Counted from the stretch's first letter, positions 22,572 through 34,260 are shown. The stretch: DNA of 42,795 nt from Octopus bimaculoides (GCF_001194135.2 NC_068989.1:19062492-19105286); one strand, 5' to 3'. The notes: generated by a model not told the origin, from the sequence alone. Translations and numbers: made by a program.

Positions 22572-24436
22572 NNNNNNNNNNNNNNNNNNNNNNNNNNNNN
22601 NNNNNNNNNNNNNNNNNNNNNNNNNNNNNNNNNNNNNNNNNNNNNNNNNNNNNNNNNNNNNNNNNNNNNNNNNNNNNNNNNNNNNNNNNNNNNNNNNNNN
22701 NNNNNNNNNNNNNNNNNNNNNNNNNNNNNNNNNNNNNNNNNNNNNNNNNNNNNNNNNNNNNNNNNNNNNNNNNNNNNNNNNNNNNNNNNNNNNNNNNNNN
22801 NNNNNNNNNNNNNNNNNNNNNNNNNNNNNNNNNNNNNNNNNNNNNNNNNNNNNNNNNNNNNNNNNNNNNNNNNNNNNNNNNNNNNNNNNNNNNNNNNNNN
22901 NNNNNNNNNNNNNNNNNNNNNNNNNNNNNNNNNNNNNNNNNNNNNNNNNNNNNNNNNNNNNNNNNNNNNNNNNNNNNNNNNNNNNNNNNNNNNNNNNNNN
23001 NNNNNNNNNNNNNNNNNNNNNNNNNNNNNNNNNNNNNNNNNNNNNNNNNNNNNNNNNNNNNNNNNNNNNNNNNNNNNNNNNNNNNNNNNNNNNNNNNNNN
23101 NNNNNNNNNNNNNNNNNNNNNNNNNNNNNNNNNNNNNNNNNNNNNNNNNNNNNNNNNNNNNNNNNNNNNNNNNNNNNNNNNNNNNNNNNNNNNNNNNNNN
23201 NNNNNNNNNNNNNNNNNNNNNNNNNNNNNNNNNNNNNNNNNNNNNNNNNNNNNNNNNNNNNNNNNNNNNNNNNNNNNNNNNNNNNNNNNNNNNNNNNNNN
23301 NNNNNNNNNNNNNNNNNNNNNNNNNNNNATTAAATACGCTTTACACCGCTTAAACTGCCAAAGGAGTAAGTGTAAACAGCTGAATACTTGTCAGTGATTG
23401 GTTGAAATTATCGAAATAAGACAATTGTTTACATGAAATAACTCCGAATACAAAAATTTTTTTCTGTTCTATAACACAAAATAGATAAGTATACGAAGTT
23501 TGAAAGTCTTTCGGTACCAAAAACACTACATAAAACATAAATGAAAACTGGTGCCCCCGTTTTGAGCTAGATCCGAAAATGACTCTCCCCAGACACAACA
23601 GAATATGCTTCAACACACGAAATCACATAAAAAATCTTGCAAACCAAATCCAAATACAGCACTCTTGATTTTTCTCTCACCTAAATCTTTACCACTGTAT
23701 ATCATGATGGTTAAAATTTATAGATATACTCAGAAACAAACCAGAAAAAGCGTTGATACAAACACTGTTTAACGCACCATTAACTTATTAATCAAACGTG
23801 ATACCAAGAATTTGCTTTAATATGCGAATCGTTCTATCCAATTTACATAAGTTCTTAGTAATAACAGGTTTGTAAGCAGTGTTTCTCTGTGGATAGTTAA
23901 GACGGTACCTTTCTGATGATGTCCCTGTACAAGCTTGAAATTCTTCTGTTCACAAAGTTATTGTCTACAGAGGTGAAATGTTTCTATACATACAGTGTTG
24001 GCTGAAGCCTATTGATATACAAAATAGTATACGTATGTGTGCGCACAGCTATAAACGATGCTAATATGTTAAAATCAAATGTATATTTTAAACATATATT
24101 ATAAACTTACTTTGAGATATAAATGCATATAGTGAGCGGTGATCCAACAAAAGTGCCCCTAAGTGCTCTCTCGACGTGCGAGAAAGATCAACGAGATCTC
24201 CCTCAAATTGCACTCTACGTATAAAAAGAAAATGTCGAAGGACACATTGGACCATTGGTGGAAAATCAATGATCCTCTGCGACGTTTTTTCTATAGTTCA
24301 ATAGATATATATATATATAATTATATTTCGTACTTTCCTTGCAGAAATATTTCTCTTTGAGTGTGTGTGTGTGCGCGACGTCTCCTTGTAGCCTTTCTTT
24401 CTCTGCTGTGAACATATCAAATTTTAGTAACCATGT

Positions 24437-24830
24437 AGGTGCAGGCATGGCTATGTGATAAAAAAGCTCGTTTTGCAGCCACGTGATTTCGGGTTCAGTC
24501 CCACTGCACAGCACCTTAGGTAAGTTTCTTCTGTTATAACTCTTTGGATCGATCAATACCTTGTGAGTGGATTTAATCAACGGAAAGTATGTGAAAGTCC
24601 ATCATGTGTGTGTGTGTGTGTGCGCGCGCGCGCCTTTGTGTTTGTCTACCCACACAGCTTGACAACCGGTTTCGTCTCTTTGATGTCCTCGTAAAATTAC
24701 AGTTCGGCAAAAGGCGGAATAAGCAAGTATCAGGCTTAAAAAAGTAAGTTCTGGGGGTCAATTTGTTCGACTAAACCTTCCAGGGCACTGTCTCAGCTTG
24801 ACCACAATCCAATGGCAGAAATAGAAGGTT
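24437..24830 (+). mobile_element. SINE family B, older subfamily
   Basis: aggtgcaggcatggctatgtg...gggttcagtcccact; internal (TG)n(CG)n. Confidence 0.75.
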
Positions 24831-25591
24831 AAAAACAAATGAAAAAAGATAAAAAGAAATTTCAAAAACAGACTTCGTTTCGGCCATATTTTCTTTTTTT
24901 TTTTTGAGAATTAGACTGCGTACAAATTTAGGTTTTAGCCCACCTGTTGGAAACCACAGGATTAGAGAATGTTGTTCTTGCGAGATGGTCGTGACTGGAA
25001 TGTCTTTGATCATCTTGGTTCTGCACGATCAGATTTAACCACGGGGTTCTAAACAACACCAGCGGCAACAAAGTACCTAGCAATTTGGGTGGTGGGGAAT
25101 TGGTATTGATAGTAAGAGGAATTAAAGATAAGCGGAATTAAAGATAAAAATCAACAACAAACACAAAAGCTAAATGTTCAGAACAAGCTTTTCTTCCTCT
25201 TTCTTTCTTTCCCTCTCTCACAGACGCATGCACACACCACAGACACATGCCTACATGAACACACAGACACATGCCTACATGAACACACAGACTCATACGG
25301 AAAGGGTAAGTGAAAGGAATACATTCCAAGACCTGCATACCGAATATCTACTCAACCTTCAAGCCAGCAGTTTCCTGTCCAAGAATGCCGCCCACTGGGC
25401 ATTGCTAAAAAATGACCTTATATCAAAAAGGTATTTTAAAAGACATTAAAGCATGTCAATAAGTAAAGAAATAAGGAATTAAATTATTTTCTTAAAGGGG
25501 ACTGAAAAAAAAAAGAGAACAAATAAATAAATCCGTCTTCACTCTCAAGTAAAGTCATTCGCCATGTCTAAGTGGCTGTTCCATGTTACTA

Positions 25592-25694
25592 CTTTATTTC
25601 ATAAATATTTGCCATAAAAGCATTACAAAGAGGGGACGAACAAGGACAGACAAACATAAAAGGGGTGAAGTAGCTGTATCGATTAAACATTTAC
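25592..25694 (-). repeat. Second copy of the orphan retroposon 3' end
   Basis: Reverse complement of 21035-21138. Confidence 0.7.
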
Positions 25695-25954
25695 AATTTT
25701 AAATATACAATAATAATTTGATTATATTTACAATGTTCGCCAGCTGGTTTTCGGTGCGTCGCCGCACCCTTTATATACAATATATATTGCTAGCAGGGAG
25801 AGCGAACACCTACCATCCTCTAGAAGACAACGGGATCGTGAGACTGACTCAGTATCGAGCTACTTGGCTCGTCCTCAGTCGCGAGTACCTGCCCCCTAGA
25901 GCGTCCTCATTTTGTTTTATAAGAACTGTAGCTAAGTTAGTGTTAACATATGTT

Positions 25955-26168
25955 TCAAATTTTGGCACAAGGTCAGTAGTTTTAGTGGAAGGGAGTTAGT
26001 CGATTACATTGACTCCAGTACTTGACTAAGTACTTTATTTTATCTATCCCGAAAGGATGGAAGGCAAAGTTAACCTCTGCAGGATTTGAACTGAGAACGT
26101 AGGGACCTGTAAGAAATACCGCCAAGCATATTTACAGTCCAATGTGTAACGATTTTGCCAGCTTACCA
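25955..26168 (-). mobile_element. SINE family A, older copy (tail A3)
   Basis: tttcaaattttggcacaagg tail; gatttgaactgagaac core. Confidence 0.7.
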
Positions 26169-26219
26169 ACTTAGTGTTAATATATCCAATGCAGACAGCA
26201 AAATCTAACTAAAAATAAT

Positions 26220-26384
26220 GTTTTTCTACTCTAAGCACAAGGCCTGAAATTTTTAGGGAGGGAGGACAGTCGATTAGATCGACTCAGTACGCAGCTGGTA
26301 CTTAATTTATCGACCCCGAAAGGATGAAAGGCAAAGTCGACCTCGGCGGAATTTGAACTCAGAATGTAGCGGCAGACGAAATAT
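26220..26384 (-). mobile_element. SINE family A (tail A2), 5'-truncated
   Basis: 14-bp TSD taactaaaaataat at 26206-26219 and 26385-26398. Confidence 0.88.
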
Positions 26385-27667
26385 TAACTAAAAATAATTG
26401 TGCAACAAAGGAAAAACAGTAGGCGGAGTTAAGCAAATCTACTCATGTGTGCCCCTTCCCCAACGACTCTGTCTCCTCATAACTCCCACTAAAATGGATA
26501 TTTTTTCAATGAAATTTTCTACAAATATGCTTCAGATGGTGTAGAGTTCGATTATGTCGAAATTTGTTATGAAAAAGATGTCTATGGGTGCTGAGAGGAG
26601 TTTCGGAAAATTCACACGAGTTGANNNNNNNNNNNNNNNNNNNNNNNNNNNNNNNNNNNNNNNNNNNNNNNNNNNNNNNNNNNNNNNNNNNNNNNNNNNN
26701 NNNNNNNNNNNNNNNNNNNNNNNNNNNNNNNNNNNNNNNNNNNNNNNNNNNNNNNNNNNNNNNNNNNNNNNNNNNNNNNNNNNNNNNNNNNNNNNNNNNN
26801 NNNNNNNNNNNNNNNNNNNNNNNNNNNNNNNNNNNNNNNNNNNNNNNNNNNNNNNNNNNNNNNNNNNNNNNNNNNNNNNNNNNNNNNNNNNNNNNNNNNN
26901 NNNNNNNNNNNNNNNNNNNNNNNNNNNNNNNNNNNNNNNNNNNNNNNNNNNNNNNNNNNNNNNNNNNNNNNNNNNNNNNNNNNNNNNNNNNNNNNNNNNN
27001 NNNNNNNNNNNNNNNNNNNNNNNNNNNNNNNNNNNNNNNNNNNNNNNNNNNNNNNNNNNNNNNNNNNNNNNNNNNNNNNNNNNNNNNNNNNNNNNNNNNN
27101 NNNNNNNNNNNNNNNNNNNNNNNNNNNNNNNNNNNNNNNNNNNNNNNNNNNNNNNNNNNNNNNNNNNNNNNNNNNNNNNNNNNNNNNNNNNNNNNNNNNN
27201 NNNNNNNNNNNNNNNNNNNNNNNNNNNNNNNNNNNNNNNNNNNNNNNNNNNNNNNNNNNNNNNNNNNNNNNNNNNNNNNNNNNNNNNNNNNNNNNNNNNN
27301 NNNNNNNNNNNNNNNNNNNNNNNNNNNNNNNNNNNNNNNNNNNNNNNNNNNNNNNNNNNNNNNNNNNNNNNNNNNNNNNNNNNNNNNNNNNNNNNNNNNN
27401 NNNNNNNNNNNNNNNNNNNNNNNNNNNNNGGTATGCTCAGAGTTGTTCCACTGAGTTCAAATCATGCCGAGGTCAACTTCACTTCCCATCCTTCCAGAGG
27501 CGATAAAAAAAGTAAGGATATTGGACCAGATGCTTTGTAGTGTTTTTTCAGTTTCTTTACGTTCGTGGCCTATTGAGATGGTATTCTCGCATTCACTTGC
27601 ATTGGTCAAAGCCCCGCTTTGACCAATGCGAGTGAATTTGAGAGACGGAAATGTGTTGAAGCATGCA

Positions 27668-28437
27668 TAATGGAAACACCTTAAAATTTCAAACAAATCT
27701 ATTTTAATATGGGGTAGGACCACCTTTTGCAGTAATTACAGCTTGAATTCTACGAGATATGGACTTGTACAAAGTTTGAATTGTTTGCAAACGAATTTTT
27801 GTCCATTCTTCAGCTAAAACAGTCTCCAGTTCTTGCAGTGATGATAGTGAAGGATATCGACTCCTTACCTGTTTTTCTAAAATACACCATAAATGTTCAA
27901 TAATATTGAGATCTGGGGACTGTGGTGACCAGATAAGATGTTCAACTTCACTAGAATGTTCCTCGTGCCATTCAGTAACAACTTTAGCTGTGTGAATTGG
28001 TGCATTATCATTCTGAAAGATTGCATTTCCCTCCGGAAACAGTTCCGCATCCATAGGATGAATTTGATCAGATAAAATGCTTAAATAGTCTTGNNNNNNN
28101 NNNCTGTAGATTTTTTTCTCCAACTCTAAACGCTTTGCAACGTTTGTTTTTGAAAGCAGTGGTTTTCTGATTGTAGCCCCCACCCCTGAAATCCGGCTTT
28201 GTGCCACTCCCGGCGAACAGTTTTTGTGGAGACTGGGTTCCCGATGTGGTCATTAAGCTCTGTAGTAATTTTGGGAGCTGTACTTTTGTGATCCTTTCTA
28301 ACAATTCGCGTAAGAGTCCGACGGTTCATATCTGAAATTTTGTTTTTCTTTTCCCGGAGTTTTGTTTCGACGAGGAGGATGTTCCCTCTTTCTCAAAGAC
28401 TGTCATTACTTTTAAGACAGTACTTCTTGATACACCA
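27668..28437 (-). mobile_element. Tc1-like transposon relic, DD36E catalytic spacing
   Basis: HTH region GVSRSTVLKVMTVFEKEG...RRTLTRIVRKDHK...VSTKTVRRE; catalytic FQNDNAPIH...WSPQSPDLNIIEHLW...RRIQAVITAKGGPTPY; the middle is replaced by a 10-N gap. Confidence 0.92.
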
Positions 28438-28444
28438 ATAGATG

Positions 28445-29160
28445 GAACAGACGCAAGCAAGGAACACGCATTGAGGGCTGGGAAGAAGATGCTGTCTTCA
28501 GAAGTGGGACCATCGGGTGGGTGTACACTGTGCACCCTAATTAGCAGGAGTGCTTCCTTCTGCGTCTACTGCTGCACACTGTCAGACCTTCGAAGACACA
28601 ATGGGAAGTCTGCACGACCTATAGAGAAGCCTGCGCCAAACATGGACTACTGGAAGACGATGCTCACTTGGACCAGACACCGGAGGAGGCAGCAGTCAGT
28701 GCAGCACTAAGTTAACTGCACCAGCTATTTTCTATCATGTTGATGACATGTGGCTTGCGTGAACCTCACAAGCTTTGGGCGATCCACAAAACCAGCATGG
28801 CAGAGGACATCTAGAAAGGATCCAAAGGCAAACCTCAGCGGAAATTGCCACGTTCAATAACATCATTTACAATGAGGCATTACTTGACCTGGACACCCGA
28901 GTGCAAGCTATGGGAGATCAAGGCAATTCCACATTTGGTTATTACATAACTGACTTCAAAATTTGGGTATTCATAACTTATTGGGAATTCCTTAAAACAA
29001 GATCCTGTGTAAGACAGTTCGGTATTCTCTGTGAATGCACAAAAACCGTTTTAAGGGCTACATACTTTGTATAGTTTTTATTGGATTAGCGAAACAATTA
29101 TGAGAACGGAACCAAGGGATAATCCCCGCTTTTCCGGGAATTACTGGGTACGTCAGCTAG
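28445..29160 (+). mobile_element. Helitron relic: Rep/helicase inter-domain coding fragment plus 3' terminus
   Basis: VYTVHPN*QECFLLRLLLHTVR...YREACAKHGLLEDDAHLDQTPEEAAVS..LHQLFSIMLMTC...IYNEALLDLD; ends ccgggaattactgggtacgtcagCTAG|t (decayed hairpin plus CTAG at 29157-29160). Confidence 0.8.
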
Positions 29161-29179
29161 TACATACATATGTGTGTAA

Positions 29180-29416
29180 GTTACAGTCTCCTTGTCTTAA
29201 CTTTATGCTGTAGTTGTAAATGAGTTCCAGTGACATGCAAGTAGGTTCCTTCGTTTCTAATCTTCATTGAAAACACGTCTTATCAGTGGGAATATTACCT
29301 TAGAAACAACTGAGAGTTGATGACTAGAAGGGTAAAATCCAGCTGTAGAAAATCCGCCTGTCCGACCCGTCTGAGCATGGAAAAGTGGACGTTAAAACAA
29401 TGTTGATGATGATGAT
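29180..29416 (+). mobile_element. Old SINE-like element with RTE-type 3' tail
   Basis: Ends catggaaaagtggacgttaaaacaatgttgatgatgatgat, like the RTE tails at 36084 and 41880. Confidence 0.6.
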
Positions 29417-29429
29417 ACATCTTTAAGTC

Positions 29430-30500
29430 GTATTTGCGATCCCTTTAAATTAGATACCTGTTAATCAAATGCTGTCATTTGTGAATCCCATCTTAAAATA
29501 CAAGTAAATATTACTCTCAGTAAACCACAATCTCCCCCGTCCCAAATAAATTCTAGTAGCCTTATAACCTGAGATGAATTAAAATTTTTGCCAAGTAGAG
29601 AATGCCGTACTTTTCGAGTATACCACACCATTACCTAGGCTTTCCTTTCAATATTTGAGTAACTCATTCAAGTAGTAGTTCATGCTCGTGGCAATTATAG
29701 TTGGACCAGACACCGGAAAATATTCCTGATCATAGCATTTTCACTTGCATCAGTTAAAGTAACTTCTTTCGTAGCATCATAAATGTTTACCACTGACTTT
29801 GGCATTAACATCGGCTTTATATGCCCAAACTTTGTTGTTGGACTTCTCATGAAAATAGAAATATCAGGTTTACGAAGTGATGCAAGCGGCGATAATTTGT
29901 TAATCTTTCGTAGAAATTAACAAGTCCGAGAAATGAATCTAATCGTGTCTTCGTTGATGATCCGTAATACTCTTTACTAAATGGTGATCTGGTGATATTT
30001 ATTCTCCATTGCCAGTCTATATCCCACTACAAAAGATAGTTCAACTGTTTCTAACAGATTTGGTTCGATAAAATCACAATGTCTATTAATTCCATCGTTT
30101 TTTTAAAATGATCTTACCTACCTTGATATACAAATTTATAGCAATTTCAACACTATTACATGCAACACTTTCATAAACAATAATGTTAACAGTGTCATTT
30201 CTCATAATGATTGCTTTCTGAAACTTGGCATTGAATGTTTTAATTCTTGCCTGTTTTAAAGTATCCATTGATATACTTACTAGAGTAGCTTCTCTTGCTT
30301 CGGAACAATCTCTGCCTGATACGTCTATTCACAGTTTCCACATATTTAGAGATATCCACCCACCTATCTGTTGCACAATAACTATTCTGACTTCTATGGT
30401 GCACTCCCTTATTGTACTTCTGAGCTCATTTTGAATTCCCCTTGTAGTTTTTATAATACATTCCCGATTAGGATCACTGTTGACAAAACCTTACTGACCT
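29430..30500 (-). mobile_element. Highly degenerate Ty3/Gypsy pol (RT-RNase H)
   Basis: SFLGLVNFY, DATKEVTL-TDASE and YSNIERKA motifs across frameshifts. Confidence 0.65.
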
Positions 30501-30901
30501 TCTAGAAGTGCGAGCCCTCAAGCTATACGAGGCATCAGATCTAGTGTACAAGAAAGAAAGCGCCATCTTAAATGGAATAGGTGTAGCTGCTATATTCTTT
30601 TCTTGCCGATGCTACTGGTCTTGTTCCAACAACATCAAATCTTTAATAGACAAACATCATCCATAACGTTGAACTTTTTCCTAGAAGGCTCTACCTGTAG
30701 GTTTAATTGCTTCATCAATTGCTTTTATGTTCTTTTAAAAGTTCTTCAACGGTAATACGTTTTGAAGTTAGCTATTACCTTGATCAACTGGCTGGATTCT
30801 CCCAGGTCCTAAACCACAACGTCCGGCCCTTCTTCGTCAAAACACCAGCACTCTGGAATTTCCTGCATAGTTATTTCTTGCAACAGTTTCAGTGGAATAT
30901 T

Positions 30902-31115
30902 CGTTTCAAATTTTGGCATAAGGCCAGCAAGTTCGGGGTGGGGCTAAGTCGATTACATCAACCCCAGTACTCAGCCGGTACTCATTTTATCGACCCCCGA
31001 AAGGATGAAAGGCAAAATCGACCTCAGCAGAATTTGAACTCAGAACATAAAGACAGACGAAATGCCGCTAAGCATTTCGACCGGCGTGCTAACGATTCTG
31101 TCAGCTCGCCGTTTT
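30902..31115 (-). mobile_element. SINE family A (tail A3), about 250 bp upstream of the TRIT1 ATG
   Basis: Exact 16-bp TSD gtttcagtggaatatt at 30886-30901 and 31116-31131. Confidence 0.9.
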
Positions 31116-31363
31116 GTTTCAGTGGAATATTAATGGCATTTGTCTCAGAGAACCTGTAAAGACCATGGGCACTGACCCGCTCTATTAACTTAGCAAATAT
31201 TTGTGTATGTGTGTAGATGGCGCATAGAAGACAAAATTACTAAACGTTAAAAAGAAAAACAAAAATACAGCATCAAAAAATGCAAGAAACCTGAATTATA
31301 GGAAACTCTTTAGGCAAAGTAATTTTATTACAGCATTTGTCTCCCATAGTTACATGCAAAAAC

Positions 31364-31489
31364 ATGGCTGTACTACGTAGTCGGTTTCCTGTAGTTGTAT
31401 TAGGTGCCACTGGAACTGGTAAATCTAAACTCGCCATTGAACTTGCTAAAGTATTTTCTGGCGAAATAATAAATGCTGATTCCATGCAG
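31364..31489 (+). CDS. TRIT1: tRNA dimethylallyltransferase (IPP transferase), first visible coding exon
   Basis: [42 protein letters not shown] with P-loop GATGTGKS and EIIxADSMQ, diagnostic of MiaA/Mod5/TRIT1; aacATGG context; CAG|GTAAGT donor at 31490, phase 0. The true start codon is uncertain. Confidence 0.93.
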
Positions 31490-32869
31490 GTAAGTTGTTT
31501 CCATTCTAATGACTCTCATGGCCTGTTTTCTTCTATCGATTAGCGAAGCTTTTACTCCACGTGCTACCAAGCATTTTCTATTTTGCTATCTTCCTTCGCT
31601 CACTTTTCATCAGGGCTTTTGTTTTTATTTTAAAGAATAAGGACCTATATTTCGTTCTAGGAAATCTTAAAATTTTTATCTTTGTTTACAAAAATTTTCT
31701 AAATTTCTGTTGTTTCTTTTTCTTTTCGTAGAACAGCGTTTAAATTATTAGAAGATTATGTCATTTACATCGACTCTGGTCCACGTTTACCATTATGTGT
31801 ATATGTACCATTATATATATATATATATATACATATATATNNNNNNNNNNNNNNNNNNNNNNNNNNNNNNNNNNNNNNNNNNNNNNNNNNNNNNNNNNNN
31901 NNNNNNNNNNNNNNNNTTAATCGAAAGTTAACAACAGTGGAAATGAGTAGTACATATATGCATATGTAGGAGGAATTTCAAACATATGAACCATTTCTGT
32001 AGAAAATATGTTGTGTAATGAATGTACTTTACAATAGGTAGACACCTTTTTTTCGTCTTGAGAAGGTAAAAAACGGAAGCTGAAAGGTTAATATATAATC
32101 GTCTTCGTTTCGTTATTTTTCTTTACTATTAAAATGTAATAATAATGTATAATGTTTGAAATTTTCGATGTTTTCCTTATATCTAGTGAAAACTAAAATG
32201 TTGAGAAGTTGCACATTTTCCTCGTCTTACACATTATGTATGCAACACATGCATTCGTACACAGTTATTCTTACACCTGCATATATATATATATATATGT
32301 ATTATGTATGTGCGTGTATGTTGAATGTGTTTATAAATAGTTATCATATATAAAGTTTATATTCATGATTGGTTGATTATATATATACACAAACAAATCT
32401 ACATGTGCGTATAATTTTACAAGTTTAATTTTAATGTGTTATCTTTATAAATGAGTATTATGTATGTGCGTCTATATTCTCTTAGATAAAGCCGAAAGTG
32501 CAGTGGAAATCAGTTAAACAAAAAACAAAACATCTAAATGACCTACAATATTTCGCCTACCAAAGTGCAATTGTTGCAGAAAGTGTTTCACACCTGCTTG
32601 TGAATGCACCTCCCCCCCTGTTAATCACTCGACCATTAAGTGGGTGTGACCTTTATTTTTAACCAGGTGAAGCAGTAGAGTAGAATATTGGTGCTTTATC
32701 TGAAAGTATTATAGTAAAGTTATTAACAAGGCCTCAACTAATGGCCAGCTCTCTTCCATTCATTTGTGTAAAACTTTAAATTGACAGGATGCCCGTCTTA
32801 TCACTTAACTATTGAATTGTGAAAGAAGGAATGAAAACTAATTTTTAGCATCCAAACTACCTGAAACAA

Positions 32870-33640
32870 GCAAATGGCTAATTGATTAGATGAAATGCAG
32901 TTTTGCTTTGTGCCAGGGAGAAGCACTACTGCTGTCTTTATAGTTATAGAACTGCAGGAGAAGTATTTGGTTAAGAATAAACCATTCTCATTGGTATTTG
33001 TTGACTTGGAGAAAGCCTTTGAGTACCCTGCTGTGTGATATGGTGAGCTTTGAGGAAGTTAGGAGTAGACAAGTGGTTTGTGAAAGCTGAACAGGCCATG
33101 TACAGAGTTTCTGTTAGTTGGAGGAGGATGTATGGAAAATGCAGTTGAATAAGAATAGGATAGAGAAAATTCAGAGAGCTTTTACCTCTGTTGGCAACCA
33201 AAGGTCTCTCTCCCTAAGTGAAAAGAAGTTTGTATGATGCCTGTGTACAAACTGCAACGCTACATGGTAGTGAGACGTGGGCCCGGCATGCAAAGAACAT
33301 ACGAAGACGAAAGAGGAATGAAGCTAGCCTGCTCTGCTGAATGTGCAGTGTTAGTGTACATAGGTGATAGTGTAAGTGTACTGAGAGAAAAGTGAGGCAT
33401 TAGAGGAATTAAATACAGTGTGCATTAGAGAACACTGTGCTGGTTTGGTTGTGTGATGTGTATGGATGTGGACAGTTGGATAAAGAAGTGCCAATCACTT
33501 AAAGTGGATGGAAGTTGTGGAAGAAGGAAACCTTGGAAGACATGGGATGAAGTATTGAAGGTTGATCTTAGGATGCAGAGCCTTATGAAGGAGATGATGA
33601 AGGACCGAGATATCTGGCACTTTGTGCTGTACTTTAGAAG
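32870..33640 (+). mobile_element. RTE-clade LINE relic (RT and C-terminus, internally deleted)
   Basis: LQEKYL..FVDLEKAF, LYDACVQTATLHGSETW, GRRKPWKTWDEVLKVDL. Confidence 0.85.
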
Positions 33641-33679
33641 ACTCATCCACCAAGGAAGTCATCTTGGTCATGCTTGTCC

Positions 33680-34260
33680 ATAAGGGAGCTCTGCCCCACT
33701 CTCACCTCCATCCCCTCTGACCTGTCTACCTTTTTCTCCCACACTTCATCTTACACCCACTGGTTTTCTGTCATCTGAGAGCTGAGTAGTCGCTACATCC
33801 CTCCTGCTTTTTATGCCCCCCCCCATTTCCCATTATCTCCTGTCTACACCAATCACCACTTTTCTGTACCTTCTTGCCTCTATGTTATTCTCCATTATTA
33901 ACAACTTCCTCTTCTTCTATCACCTTTAGTGCCATCACATGTCCACCATAATCCCTGCCTGTCTCCTATATTTCACTCCATCATTTGCTATGGTCACCTC
34001 TTTCCTGCATATCCACCCTATCCAAGCCTGTGCATCGCCTCATTTATTCTCTCCACCCCCTATGTTCTTTGAGGACTTGTCTTGAGACATTTTCGCCACC
34101 ATCTCTCTCACTATTGCTCTATATATCTTACTCTCTAACTTGCTCTCCCTTCTCTTTGAACTCCAAGAATCTCTTCTACAAGACATCTATCCTTATCCTT
34201 CTATACCTTTAGTCTCTCATCTGGCACAAATCCACCCCCTCCTCAATACTACTCTTGCCT
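33680..34260. repeat. Pyrimidine-rich low-complexity tract, probably old retroposon UTR; similar tract at 41580-41880
   Basis: C/T-rich composition between two RTE pieces. Confidence 0.4.

Larger units (their letters stand above)
7782..31916. other. Assembly gaps: 7782-7990, 16578-16829, 17461-18140, 22156-22165, 22572-23328, 26625-27429, 28094-28103, 31841-31916
   Basis: Runs of N, mostly next to microsatellites or repeats. Confidence 0.99.

Noticed and set aside
23913-23940. CTGATGA...GAAA hammerhead-like core; also ctgatga repeats at 40443-40490
   Set aside because: No credible stem II or stem III pairing; the 40443 case is a 20-bp-period tandem repeat.
16565-27540. ORFs of 100-340 aa such as 17147-18178, 22470-23333 and 26554-27540
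   Set aside because: They are open only because they cross N-gaps.
144-31115. SINE heads as tRNA genes; spaced repeats as a CRISPR array
   Set aside because: The heads have A/B boxes but no full cloverleaf and carry retroposon tails and TSDs; there is no regular repeat-spacer array, and the DNA is eukaryotic.
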